A stretch of DNA of 64,000 nucleotides from an uncultured delta proteobacterium. Its GTDB lineage: Bacteria > Desulfobacterota > Binatia > UBA9968. Made by a program: the position numbers and the translations under genes. A model generated the notes under the pieces. The model saw nothing but the letters and a program-made list of their open reading frames with translations, was not told the origin of the DNA and made no database searches. The DNA lies in contig CAVSHR010000005.1 of assembly GCA_963727625.1 (NCBI GenBank), positions 128,001 to 192,000 on the forward strand. Direction: 5' to 3'. Of this stretch, positions 9,981 through 19,265 are shown one piece after another. Numbering within the stretch: position 1 is the first letter of the stretch; every line of letters begins with the position of its first letter.

Positions 9981-11282
9981 CTACGGTGCGACTTCCCCAT
10001 TAGCGTTGAATTTGATTTTGTGCAGCAAGACGTTCTTGTCGGTGCGTATTTCGACCGCGACGTAGGATTGCGCGCCGGCGGCGTGGACATGGACCAGACC
10101 GTAATTCAAGAAAAGCTTATTGAAGTACTCGAAGCGCTTTGCGGTCCCGCTGCCTTTACCCATCCGGGCTGCCAACGGGCCGACAATGATCTCGCGTAAA
10201 ACCGGGTTACCCGGCACGCGGACGACGGCGGCATAGTGCACGTCGGCGGTGAGAAAAATGACGCCGCAAATCCGTTCCTCTTCGATAACTTTGAGCACCG
10301 CCTCGCGGTCCGCCGGATAGCCGCCCCATTTATCGGTGCCCGGACTGGAAAACGGCACCGAGGTACAAACAAACTTGAAGCGCGCACTGGATTTGGCAAG
10401 ACCGTACAGAAGCCACTCCCTCTGCCGCGCGCCGAGGATCGTCCCGGCGCTGTCATCTCGGTACTGGCGGGTGTCGAGGATGAACAGTTCGGTAGCGCTT
10501 CCCCAGCGCGCCGAGCGATAAATGCGCTGCGGGTCGATCGAATCTTGACGCACCGGCCAATAATCCATGAAAGCGCGCCGCCCCACCGGCGCCAGCGGGT
10601 TCGTCGCCAGGAAGTTGTCCGCTACTTCGTGATCATCCCACACCACTAACAAACTGGTTTCGGCAAAAAGCCTCTGCGTCGGCGCGTCTTGGCGATTGTT
10701 GACGTACTTCTCGCGGAATTGAGAAAGTTGTTTTGCGCGGCCTTCCCGATCTGCGTAAATCGTATCGCCCAAGTGAAGAAAAAAGTCCGGGTTCTGCGCG
10801 CGGATGGCGTCCATGATATTAAATGGCCGATAAGTCTGCCGCGTGTCGCCGCTAAAGGCGAAGCGAATGTCGGATTGCTGATCTGCCCGCGGCGCCGTGA
10901 CAAATCGTTGGATCGGTCCGGGCTTCCTCCCCGAGGCCAAACACCGATAATAATAAACCGAATGGGCATCGAGATCCGCGAGAAAAATTTTCCCAGCATA
11001 GTCATTTTCATCGACGACACGAATCGGCGTTGATTTCAAAGCGGTTTGAAACGCCGGATCCTTGCCGTACTCGATCGCGAGCGAATTTTCCCGCTCGGCG
11101 CGCAGCCAGATGACCGCGCTGTCCTCGGTCACGTCGCCGGCGGCGCAGGGAAGCGATAGCCCCGTCCCATCGAGCGCCGTCGTCGCGCTGAATGCCGGCG
11201 CTGCCCAGGGCAGGAGCGCGGCCCCCATCGCGGTCGTTGCCGTCAGACGCAAAAATTTTCTGCGCGAGAGTTTACGCCTCAT
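9981..11282 (-). CDS. phoD: PhoD-family alkaline phosphatase D with Tat signal
   Basis: SRRKFL Tat motif; LHLGDTIYAD, WDDHEV, LDTRQYR, LTADVH. Confidence 0.88.
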   Translation of the reverse strand: MRRKLSRRKFLRLTATTAMGAALLPWAAPAFSATTALDGTGLSLPCAAGDVTEDSAVIWLRAERENSLAIEYGKDPAFQTALKSTPIRVVDENDYAGKIFLADLDAHSVYYYRCLASGRKPGPIQRFVTAPRADQQSDIRFAFSGDTRQTYRPFNIMDAIRAQNPDFFLHLGDTIYADREGRAKQLSQFREKYVNNRQDAPTQRLFAETSLLVVWDDHEVADNFLATNPLAPVGRRAFMDYWPVRQDSIDPQRIYRSARWGSATELFILDTRQYRDDSAGTILGARQREWLLYGLAKSSARFKFVCTSVPFSSPGTDKWGGYPADREAVLKVIEEERICGVIFLTADVHYAAVVRVPGNPVLREIIVGPLAARMGKGSGTAKRFEYFNKLFLNYGLVHVHAAGAQSYVAVEIRTDKNVLLHKIKFNANGEVAP

Positions 11283-11416
11283 CGGGTCTCTTTTTATCTG
11301 TCGCGTCGCCCCGGGCCGAGCCTGCACGACGCGCCGAGCGCCGCCGCGATCGTTGCGCGCGGCAGATTATTTTCAGTCGAAGCATCGGAATGGTTCAACA
11401 TCGGTTGATCGTGCGG

Positions 11417-12292
11417 TTAGCGACTGTCGGTCGTTTTGTCGCCGAGATAGCGGTCAAGAAATTCGACGGCGTCCCTTTCCCAAAGTTTAACGCCCTGCAC
11501 TGAGAACACTCTGTGCCCGGGCGGAGTCGCGGAAGCGGCACCTTGCGGGGTAAAAGGCTCGTAGATCACCGCACGGTGCGGCACATCGCGCCGTTTATAA
11601 ATTCCGGCCAGCGTGGTGATGGAATCGGTGGTACGGTCGTTCTGGGCGACCATGAAAAGCGTCGGCGTCGTCGATTTTTCCGCAGCCGCGATGAGCGCAG
11701 CGCGAATGCGCGGGCTCCCATTCCAGGTCAATGCACCACCGGCCTGGTCGATGGCGACGGCAAAGTCCCGACCTCGGCTCACCACGAACATGGTGACGAT
11801 TCCGCCGTACGACCAACCCATGACACCGATCCGCTTGGAGTCGACGAAAGATTGCGCGCCGAGAAATACACGAGCCGCCAACACATCGCCACACTCCGCC
11901 TCGAGCCGTGGCACCAGGCGCCGCCAATTTTCGTTTACCTCTTCAGACAACGTCGGACCATCCGAGCGCCCGTAACCGCGCCGCTCGACGACCAGCGCCA
12001 GGTAGCCCGCCCTGGTCAGCAGGTTGCCGATGGTGCGCAGCGGAGTCGGGCGTCGCTCGTTTCCCCGCCGCGAGCCATGATTGTAAATTACCGCCGGGAA
12101 CGGCCCATCGCCTGCCGGCTTGTAAAGATAAGCCTGTATCTTGAGGTCTCCGCTGGGATAGAAAATTTCCGTATAAGCGGATCTGCTCGCCGATTCGCTC
12201 GTCCCTGCCCCGAGGAGACAACAGAAAATGCCGAACAGCGCTCTCACCGCAAAAATCGAAGCGCGTCGGCGCAAGGTTGAGATTGACGTCAT
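11417..12292 (-). CDS. Secreted alpha/beta hydrolase (dienelactone hydrolase/S9-like)
   Basis: PAVIYNHG, RRGYGRS, GWSYGG nucleophile elbow, signal-peptide-like N-terminus. Confidence 0.85.
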   Translation of the reverse strand: MTSISTLRRRASIFAVRALFGIFCCLLGAGTSESASRSAYTEIFYPSGDLKIQAYLYKPAGDGPFPAVIYNHGSRRGNERRPTPLRTIGNLLTRAGYLALVVERRGYGRSDGPTLSEEVNENWRRLVPRLEAECGDVLAARVFLGAQSFVDSKRIGVMGWSYGGIVTMFVVSRGRDFAVAIDQAGGALTWNGSPRIRAALIAAAEKSTTPTLFMVAQNDRTTDSITTLAGIYKRRDVPHRAVIYEPFTPQGAASATPPGHRVFSVQGVKLWERDAVEFLDRYLGDKTTDSR

Positions 12293-12303
12293 TGTGAATC
12301 CCC

Positions 12304-12711
12304 TCAAGGCGGCGGAGCTTTGCCTATCAAGTAGGCTCGCCAAGGCGTCCAGTAATATTTCTCCCAACCTTGGCTCACTCCGGCAAAGTCCTCATCCGCA
12401 ACGTTTATATGAGCGAGCTCGATCCGAGCGCCATCCTCCGCGGGCCAGAATGAAAGGGTCAGCACCGAGTCCATCGCCGTAAGCGGCCAGTTCGCCGAGC
12501 GCCAGGTTTGCACGATCAGCGTCTTCGGTTCGATGTGCAAAATGATGCCCGATAGCATGCCGTCGAAGGCGCGAAACACTCCGCCCGCATGCGGCTCGAG
12601 AGTCACGGGCAAACCGGTAAAAGCCGCGTGCTCGGCCCCATCGAGATACATGTCGAACAGCTTATCCGGCGGTGCCGGAAGTGTAGCTGCCATGATTATG
12701 TTTCGTGGCAT
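12304..12711 (-). CDS. SRPBCC/AHSA1-like domain protein
   Basis: GGVFRAFDG, LIVQTWR, GWEKYYWTPW. Confidence 0.85.
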   Translation of the reverse strand: MPRNIIMAATLPAPPDKLFDMYLDGAEHAAFTGLPVTLEPHAGGVFRAFDGMLSGIILHIEPKTLIVQTWRSANWPLTAMDSVLTLSFWPAEDGARIELAHINVADEDFAGVSQGWEKYYWTPWRAYLIGKAPPP

Positions 12712-12820
12712 TTGCGAAAGCTCCTTTTTACGACGCTTATGATCGGCTCATTCGGTGAGGGTGGACGATCGGACAGTCGAGCTCGGAAGGTAGAACCATA
12801 ATCCCCACGCCCCCGGCATC

Positions 12821-13282
12821 CTACTTAACCTCAATTGACACTTCGGTAGTGGATCCCTTGACGACAAACTTGGACTGCTGCCATTTCGGTGGCCCAAACC
12901 TAACTCTCACATTATTTGAAAAACCGTATGGTTCTAGCGGTATTCCCAAAAAGTTTTTATCCATCTTGCCGTTCTTGTTTTCGTCATGAAATACCGCAAC
13001 CCCGTAATCCCCGTGGGAAACGTCGTTAAGTTTCCATGTAACCGATGGACTGTCCACCTTGATCGTCGATGAGTATAAGGGTTCTTCGCCTAGCCATTTC
13101 GCGGAGGAATTGAATACGGCGATCTTCACCTGTCCTTTCTCAGAGCGAAGCCCGGTGACCTTGATAATCACCGCGGCCTGTCCACCCGACTGCGCGAGCA
13201 CTGGCGGGATAAATCTGACGCTGACCGAAAGCGAAACAATGGACCCAATTAAAAGCACCATTCGGACGCGGCTAGCCAGCAT
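12821..13282 (-). CDS. DUF2141 family exported protein
   Basis: YGVAVFHDENKNGKMDKNFLGIPLEPYGFSNN...FGPP. Confidence 0.9.
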   Translation of the reverse strand: MLASRVRMVLLIGSIVSLSVSVRFIPPVLAQSGGQAAVIIKVTGLRSEKGQVKIAVFNSSAKWLGEEPLYSSTIKVDSPSVTWKLNDVSHGDYGVAVFHDENKNGKMDKNFLGIPLEPYGFSNNVRVRFGPPKWQQSKFVVKGSTTEVSIEVK

Positions 13283-13356
13283 GATTATCTCGCATCTCAA
13301 TCGAAGATTGGTTCTGTATAACGACACGCGGGCGCAGTGATTCTATCACAATCATT

Positions 13357-13563
13357 TCACAGTCTAAAAAAGTAGGGAATTAGGGACAGCGCCAGTCCCA
13401 CAACGACGAGGAGAACGTTATTGGACACGAAGTAAGGAAAGGCCATCAGTCCAATTCCACAGAACAAAGGAACAAATCTTTGCTGTTTCTTCCCGTAAAC
13501 AAAGTAAGCAAGGCCCACCGCGCCGAAAACCACTCCCCAAAGTAATGACGATTCGCTACCCAT
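13357..13563 (-). CDS. Small membrane protein (YFVYGKKQ family)
   Basis: LLWGVVFGAVGLAYFVYGKKQ...FPYFV. Confidence 0.7.
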   Translation of the reverse strand: MGSESSLLWGVVFGAVGLAYFVYGKKQQRFVPLFCGIGLMAFPYFVSNNVLLVVVGLALSLIPYFFRL

Positions 13564-14119
13564 CGGTGGCTGAAGCTTCAATCCGGCGATAAAACATGAC
13601 TGTTATCCGAGCCTCTTAGCAATTATCGCGATCCAGCAACTTGAATATCGTACGTCAATCTTTCTACTCATACCGTAAAATGAAGCGCCAGTCGCCCGCT
13701 GCGTTGATACACCCAGAAATACAACCGATGAACCCAACACTTTGTTTAGCGGGATTCATTAGAAGAGCGAACAAATCCGAGAATAAAGAGGCTAGTCAGC
13801 GGATAACGTCTCGCTAATTTATGCATTACACGAGATTTTACGGTTACCGCTAAGTCTTGGCAAGCAATTTTCTCTCCCCTCTTAAGGATCCGGAAACGCT
13901 GCAAACATCATCGGTCTTTATCATGACGTGATCTAGCCGTTACACATAACCCGCCCGGAATTCGAAGCATGCTTTATCAAGAGCCCGCGACGAATCAGCA
14001 TCCTTTCTCCGCTCGCAAACATCTAACAAGCCGATTGTAGCGATCACTCGGCTGGGACACCGGCTGTAACGGAAAGCAGGCCATATCAACTACCGACATT
14101 ATGCTGGGAGGGTTTTGCC

Positions 14120-14968
14120 ATGAGTAAGCGTAATATCATTATCGGCGTGGGCTTCGTCGTACTAGCGATCATCTGGTACGCGTTTCGGCCGGAGTTGTTG
14201 TTCATCAACAAGACTGTCAACGAGGAATTTCCCGGCGGGGCCGCGATGGCGTCGATCGAGAAGGCGCCGATGGCTGTGACCAAAGGCAATTTTAAAAGTC
14301 TAGCACACGAAACCAAAGGGCTCGCCTCGATTTACCAACTGGCCGACGGCAAACGCACGCTGAGATTGACCGACTTTGAAACATCCAACGGGCCGGACGT
14401 TCATGTTTACCTGGCCGCCGCGGAAGTCGAAAAGGGCAATGACGCGATCAAGGAAGCCGGCTTCATCGACCTGGGCTCGATGAAAGGCAACAAGGGCGAT
14501 CAAAACTACGACGTGCCCGCGGACATTGACCTAAACAAATTTAAGAACGTGACGATCTGGTGCGCGCGCTTCGGCGTCAACTTTGCGCAGGCCGCCCTTG
14601 AGTCACCCACTTTGCTGCCCGTGAAGGTAGCCGAGGGTTTGTTCAAGGGTTTGGCCCATGAGACCAAGGGCCAGGCATCTGTCTATCAGCTTCCCGACGG
14701 CAAAAAAGTGTTGCGCTTCAGCGGATTCGAAACATCCAACGGCCCCGACGTCCATGTCTACCTGGTCACCGCCGAAATCGAAAAAGGCAACGATTCCGTC
14801 AAGCAGGCGGGCTTTATCGATCTCGGTTCATTGAAAGGCAACATGGGCGATCAAAACTACGACGTGCCCGCCGGCGTGGATCTGAGCAAATACAAAACCG
14901 TCAGCGTTTGGTGCGCCCGCTTCGGCGTCAATTTCGCCACCGCTCCGTTGGCGTCGGCAAAAGGTTAA
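14120..14968 (+). CDS. Membrane-anchored protein with two tandem DM13 domains
   Basis: Two copies of HETKG.AS.YQL.DGK..LR...FETSNGPDVHVYL...IDLG..KGN.GDQNY.VP...WCARFGVNF. Confidence 0.88.
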   Translation: MSKRNIIIGVGFVVLAIIWYAFRPELLFINKTVNEEFPGGAAMASIEKAPMAVTKGNFKSLAHETKGLASIYQLADGKRTLRLTDFETSNGPDVHVYLAAAEVEKGNDAIKEAGFIDLGSMKGNKGDQNYDVPADIDLNKFKNVTIWCARFGVNFAQAALESPTLLPVKVAEGLFKGLAHETKGQASVYQLPDGKKVLRFSGFETSNGPDVHVYLVTAEIEKGNDSVKQAGFIDLGSLKGNMGDQNYDVPAGVDLSKYKTVSVWCARFGVNFATAPLASAKG

Positions 14969-14976
14969 GAAGAACT

Positions 14977-15038
14977 CACCACGATGGGCGCAAATTTTGG
15001 ATTACCTAAATGACAAATGCTTCGTGGCCTTCGTGGTG
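14977..15038. repeat. REP-like intergenic inverted repeat
   Basis: CACCACGATGG ... CCTTCGTGGTG (10/11 complementary), with tandem CTTCGTGG units. Confidence 0.4.
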
Positions 15039-15061
15039 CAAAATCCAAGGAAATTATCCCC

Positions 15062-16417
15062 ATGCAACCCAGCGCAAAAATCCTAATTCTCGGCGGCGGT
15101 TTCGGTGGGCTCTATACCGCGCTCGCATTGGAAAAACAGTGTCGCCGCGATCCCGGCGTCGCGATCACCCTGGTCAACCGCGAGAATTTCTTCCTATTCA
15201 CTCCGATGCTTCACGAAGTGGCGGCCAGCGACTTGGACAGCAGCACCATCGTCAACCCGATCCGCAAGATGCTCGGCAAGACCCAGTTTTTCGCCGGCGA
15301 AATCCAGGCTATCGATTTGGCACGCAAGCGAGTGACCGTCGTTCACGGCATCGACGGTAGCCATGCGCATGATCTTGAATACGATCATCTCGTGCTCGGC
15401 CTCGGATCGGTGACAAATTTTTACGGCATCCCGGGGCTCGCCGCACTGGGCCTGACGATGAAGACCCTGAGTGACGCGGTCTACTTACGTAACCGGCTTA
15501 TCGAGCATCTCGAAGAAGCGGACTTCGAGTGCTCGACCGTGCCGCCAGAACAGTTGCTCACATTCGTCGTCGCCGGCGGCGGCTTCGCCGGTGTAGAGAC
15601 GATCGCGGCGATCAATGATTTCCTGCGCGAAGCGTTGAAGTTTTACCCAAACCTAAAGGAAGAGATGCTCCGTATCGTGCTGGTCGAGAGCAATCTGACC
15701 ATCCTGCCCGAACTTGGCGGCGCGCTCGGCCGCTACGCGCAGAAAAAGCTCGCGGAGCGGAAAATCGAGTTCCGCCTTGGCGTCAAAGTTACTGACGTCT
15801 CTGAGGATCGCGTGGAATTGAGCGACGGGACGATTCTTCCGGCTCGAACCCTCATCTGGACTGCCGGTACGGCCCCCTGTCCATTGCTCAAGGCGCTCGA
15901 ATGCGCCAAAGAACGGGGCCGCGTCGCAGTCAATGAATTTCTCGAAGTTCCCGGCCGCCCCGGTGTCTGGGCGCTCGGTGATTGCGCGTCGGTCGTGGAC
16001 GAATCCACCGGCAGACCCTACCCGCCTACGGCGCAGCACGCCTTACGCCAAGGTAAAATACTCGGGCAAAACATCGCAGCCACACTCAGAGGCGAAGCAA
16101 AGCGGCCTTTCGTTTTCAAAACCATCGGCCATCTGGCGGCCATCGGCCGGCGCACGGGCGTAGCAAGAATCTTCGGATTCAAGTTTTCCGGCTTCATCGC
16201 CTGGTGGCTGTGGCGGACCATCTACCTGAGCAAGCTGCCGCGCCTGGAGAAAAAATTGCGGGTGACACTGGATTGGACTCTCGATCTGGTTTTTTCAAAA
16301 GATCTGGTGCAGTATACGCCGCTGCGCTCTTCCGGTTTGCCAACCGCGATCCCGGATTCCTTACCCCAAACGCTGGCGACGGCAACGACGCAACCCTATC
16401 AAAGGCCCGCCGCTTGA
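15062..16417 (+). CDS. Type II NADH dehydrogenase-like FAD oxidoreductase
   Basis: GGGFGG, FLFTPMLHEVA, GGGFAGVE, WALGDCA, PPTAQHA. Confidence 0.9.
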   Translation: MQPSAKILILGGGFGGLYTALALEKQCRRDPGVAITLVNRENFFLFTPMLHEVAASDLDSSTIVNPIRKMLGKTQFFAGEIQAIDLARKRVTVVHGIDGSHAHDLEYDHLVLGLGSVTNFYGIPGLAALGLTMKTLSDAVYLRNRLIEHLEEADFECSTVPPEQLLTFVVAGGGFAGVETIAAINDFLREALKFYPNLKEEMLRIVLVESNLTILPELGGALGRYAQKKLAERKIEFRLGVKVTDVSEDRVELSDGTILPARTLIWTAGTAPCPLLKALECAKERGRVAVNEFLEVPGRPGVWALGDCASVVDESTGRPYPPTAQHALRQGKILGQNIAATLRGEAKRPFVFKTIGHLAAIGRRTGVARIFGFKFSGFIAWWLWRTIYLSKLPRLEKKLRVTLDWTLDLVFSKDLVQYTPLRSSGLPTAIPDSLPQTLATATTQPYQRPAA

Positions 16418-16549
16418 CGGAAGGTGAGCCGCAGTGAGCGCATCCATTCCCGCTTGATTGACATCTAAATTGCAAAGGAGGAAAAGCACGAGGAGAGTTC
16501 ACCGAACCGTGCCGACCCCGATCCCGTAGCCACGCTCGGAGGAAGTACT

Positions 16550-18121
16550 ATGGCGCAAAGCAACCATTACGACGTGATCATTATCGGCAGCGGCGCCGGC
16601 GGCGGTACCCTAGCCCACAAGCTCGCTCCCACCGGCAAAAAGATCCTCATGGTCGAACGCGGCGGCTACGTGCCGCGGGAAAAGGACAACTGGAACCCCC
16701 GCGCCGTCAATCTCGAAGGGAAATACCAGACCAAAGAGAAATGGCGCGACAAGGACGGCAAAGAGCTGCACCCGCATACCAACTACTATGTCGGCGGCAA
16801 TACCAAATTTTTCGGAGCGGCGCTGTTTCGTCTGCGCAAGGAAGATTTCGGCGAGATCAAGCATCACGGCGGGCTGTCGCCCGCCTGGCCGATCGGGTAC
16901 GAAGATCTGGAACCGTATTACGGCGAAGCCGAAAAGCTCTATCACGTGCACGGCAACGCCGGTGAGGATCCCTACGAGCCACGCCGCAGCGCGCCCTACC
17001 CGCACCCGGCGGTGAGCCACGAACCCAGGTTGCAGCAGCTCTCCGACGACTTCGAGCACCTCGGCCTCCATCCCTTTCACACGCCGCTCGGCATCATGCT
17101 CGACGAGATCAATCCTCAATCGAGCAAATGTATCCGCTGCGATACCTGCGACGGCTTTCCGTGCCTCGTCTACGCCAAGTCCGACGCACAGGTGTGCGCC
17201 GTCGATCCGGCGCTGCAGCACCCGAATGTGACCCTGATGACCGACGCCTACGTCGCAAGGCTGGAGACCGACAGTTCCGGCCGTACTGTTGCCAAAGTCA
17301 TTGTCCGTCAAAACGGCCGCCGCGAAGAGCTCGGCGCCGACATCGTGGTGTCGTCCTGCGGCGCGATCAATTCGGCGGCGCTCTTGCTGCGCTCGCGCAA
17401 TGAAAAACATCCGCGCGGTCTCGCCAACGGCTCGGACATCGTCGGCCGCCACTACATGGGCCACACCAACTCAGTTTTGATGGCACTATCGAAGTGTCCG
17501 AACCCGACGATCTTTCAAAAATCGCTCTCGCTCAACGATTTTTACTTTGGCGCGCCGGGCTGGAACTATCCGATGGGCCATATTTCCTTCGTCGGCAAGC
17601 TCGACGGCGAGACGCTCAAAGGCGGCGCGCCCGCGCTTACGCCGGGCTGGACGCTCGATCTGATGGCCAAGCACTCCCTCGATTTCTGGCTGACCTCGGA
17701 GGATTTGCCGGACCCGGACAATCGGATGACCCTGGACGGCGAAGGTAACATCGTGCTCAGCTACACGCCCAACAACGAAGAAGGGCACAAGCGTTTGATC
17801 GCCAAGCTCAAGGAGCTCATGCAGCAGCAGACCCGATGCAAGGTGCACGGCCACGACTGCCACGAAGGCCTGTTCGCGCGCAATCTGTTCGTCGGCCAAA
17901 GAATTCCGCTGGCCGGCGTCGCCCATCAGGTCGGCACCGTGCGTTTCGGCAATGATCCGAAATCGAGCGCCCTCGACGTGAACTGCAAGGCTCACGAGCT
18001 CGACAATCTCTACGTCGTCGACGGCAGCTTCTTCGTCTCCAGCGGCGCGGTCAACCCGGCGCTCACGATCATGGCCAACGCGCTGCGGGTCGGCCACCAC
18101 CTGATCGAAAGAATGAACTAG
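16550..18121 (+). CDS. GMC family oxidoreductase with Fe-S-type Cys motif
   Basis: GSGAGGG, CIRCDTCDGFPC, HQVGTVRFG, NPALTI. Confidence 0.92.
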   Translation: MAQSNHYDVIIIGSGAGGGTLAHKLAPTGKKILMVERGGYVPREKDNWNPRAVNLEGKYQTKEKWRDKDGKELHPHTNYYVGGNTKFFGAALFRLRKEDFGEIKHHGGLSPAWPIGYEDLEPYYGEAEKLYHVHGNAGEDPYEPRRSAPYPHPAVSHEPRLQQLSDDFEHLGLHPFHTPLGIMLDEINPQSSKCIRCDTCDGFPCLVYAKSDAQVCAVDPALQHPNVTLMTDAYVARLETDSSGRTVAKVIVRQNGRREELGADIVVSSCGAINSAALLLRSRNEKHPRGLANGSDIVGRHYMGHTNSVLMALSKCPNPTIFQKSLSLNDFYFGAPGWNYPMGHISFVGKLDGETLKGGAPALTPGWTLDLMAKHSLDFWLTSEDLPDPDNRMTLDGEGNIVLSYTPNNEEGHKRLIAKLKELMQQQTRCKVHGHDCHEGLFARNLFVGQRIPLAGVAHQVGTVRFGNDPKSSALDVNCKAHELDNLYVVDGSFFVSSGAVNPALTIMANALRVGHHLIERMN

Positions 18122-18137
18122 AAGAAAGGCATGAGGC

Positions 18138-19145
18138 GTGAGGCTGAGATTATTCGTGCTCGTGTTCGTGGGCGTGATCACGAGCGCCGCGCACACAGCT
18201 TTTGGGCAATTGGTGAAGTCCGTAGAAACTGTCGGCATGACGGTCTCGGACATGGACCGCTCCATCGAGTTTTTCAATAAAGTATTGACCTTTGAAAAAG
18301 TCAGCGATGCCGAAGTGCACGGCGCGGAATACGAGAAACTGCGGGGCGTCTTCGGTTTACGCATGCGCGTCGTGCGGATGAAGCTCGGCGCCGAGACCGT
18401 CGAGTTGACTCAGTATCTGGCGCCCGAAGGGCGGCCGATTCCCGCCGATTGGCGCAACAACGATCGTGCATTTCAGCATATTGCCATCGTCGTCAGCGAC
18501 ATGGACAAGGCCTATGCGCAGCTGCGTTCGCATAAGGTGCGCCATGCCTCCACCGGACCCCAGACCATCCCCGCGAGCAACAAAGCAGCGGCGGAAATCC
18601 GCGCCTTTTATTTCAAAGACGCCGACGGCCACAACCTGGAGATCATCTATTTTCCTCAAGGCAAGGGCGATCCGCGCTGGCAGCAAACCGGCAACAAACT
18701 TTTTCTCGGCATCGACCACACCGCCATCGTCGTATCGAATACCGGGCGCGCCTTGCAGTTCTATCGCGATCTTCTAGGCTTAAAAGTGGCGGGAGAAAGC
18801 ATGAACTACGGCACCGAACAGGAGCATTTGAATAACGTCGCGGGCGCCTGCTTGCATATCACTGGCCTGCGGGCCGAGCGCGGACCCGGCATTGAATTTC
18901 TCGAGTATTTTACGCCGCGCGACGGCCGTCCCGCGCCCAAGGACAGCCGCGCCAACGACTTTTGGCATTGGCAGACCACCCTCGCGACCGCGGACGCGGC
19001 GAAAGCTGAAAAAACTCTGCGGCAAAGGATGTTCCGCGTGATATCCCCCGGCGTTGCGGCGATCCCCGATAGAAATTTCGGATTCATGAAAGGTTTTCTC
19101 GCCCGCGACCCCGACGGTCACGGTCTGCAGATCATTGAGAAATAA
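18138..19145 (+). CDS. Secreted multi-module VOC/glyoxalase family protein
   Basis: Signal peptide; HIAIVVSD, DADGHNLE, IDHTAIVV, DPDGH. Confidence 0.85.
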   Translation: MRLRLFVLVFVGVITSAAHTAFGQLVKSVETVGMTVSDMDRSIEFFNKVLTFEKVSDAEVHGAEYEKLRGVFGLRMRVVRMKLGAETVELTQYLAPEGRPIPADWRNNDRAFQHIAIVVSDMDKAYAQLRSHKVRHASTGPQTIPASNKAAAEIRAFYFKDADGHNLEIIYFPQGKGDPRWQQTGNKLFLGIDHTAIVVSNTGRALQFYRDLLGLKVAGESMNYGTEQEHLNNVAGACLHITGLRAERGPGIEFLEYFTPRDGRPAPKDSRANDFWHWQTTLATADAAKAEKTLRQRMFRVISPGVAAIPDRNFGFMKGFLARDPDGHGLQIIEK

Positions 19146-19265
19146 AATCTTGGCAGGGCGTGGAATGGCATCGGCGGGACGAACCTCCTGCAGCAAGTGA
19201 AACATCCGTAAATATGCTTCAGGGACCGACACGATAGCGCGATCGCGTGCTCCGAGGAACTGCAA

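Noticed and set aside
13580-14110. AT-richer 0.5-kb intergenic region as an sRNA or small ORF
   Set aside because: No convincing SD-led ORF, repeat or stable structure recognised; likely a divergent promoter region.
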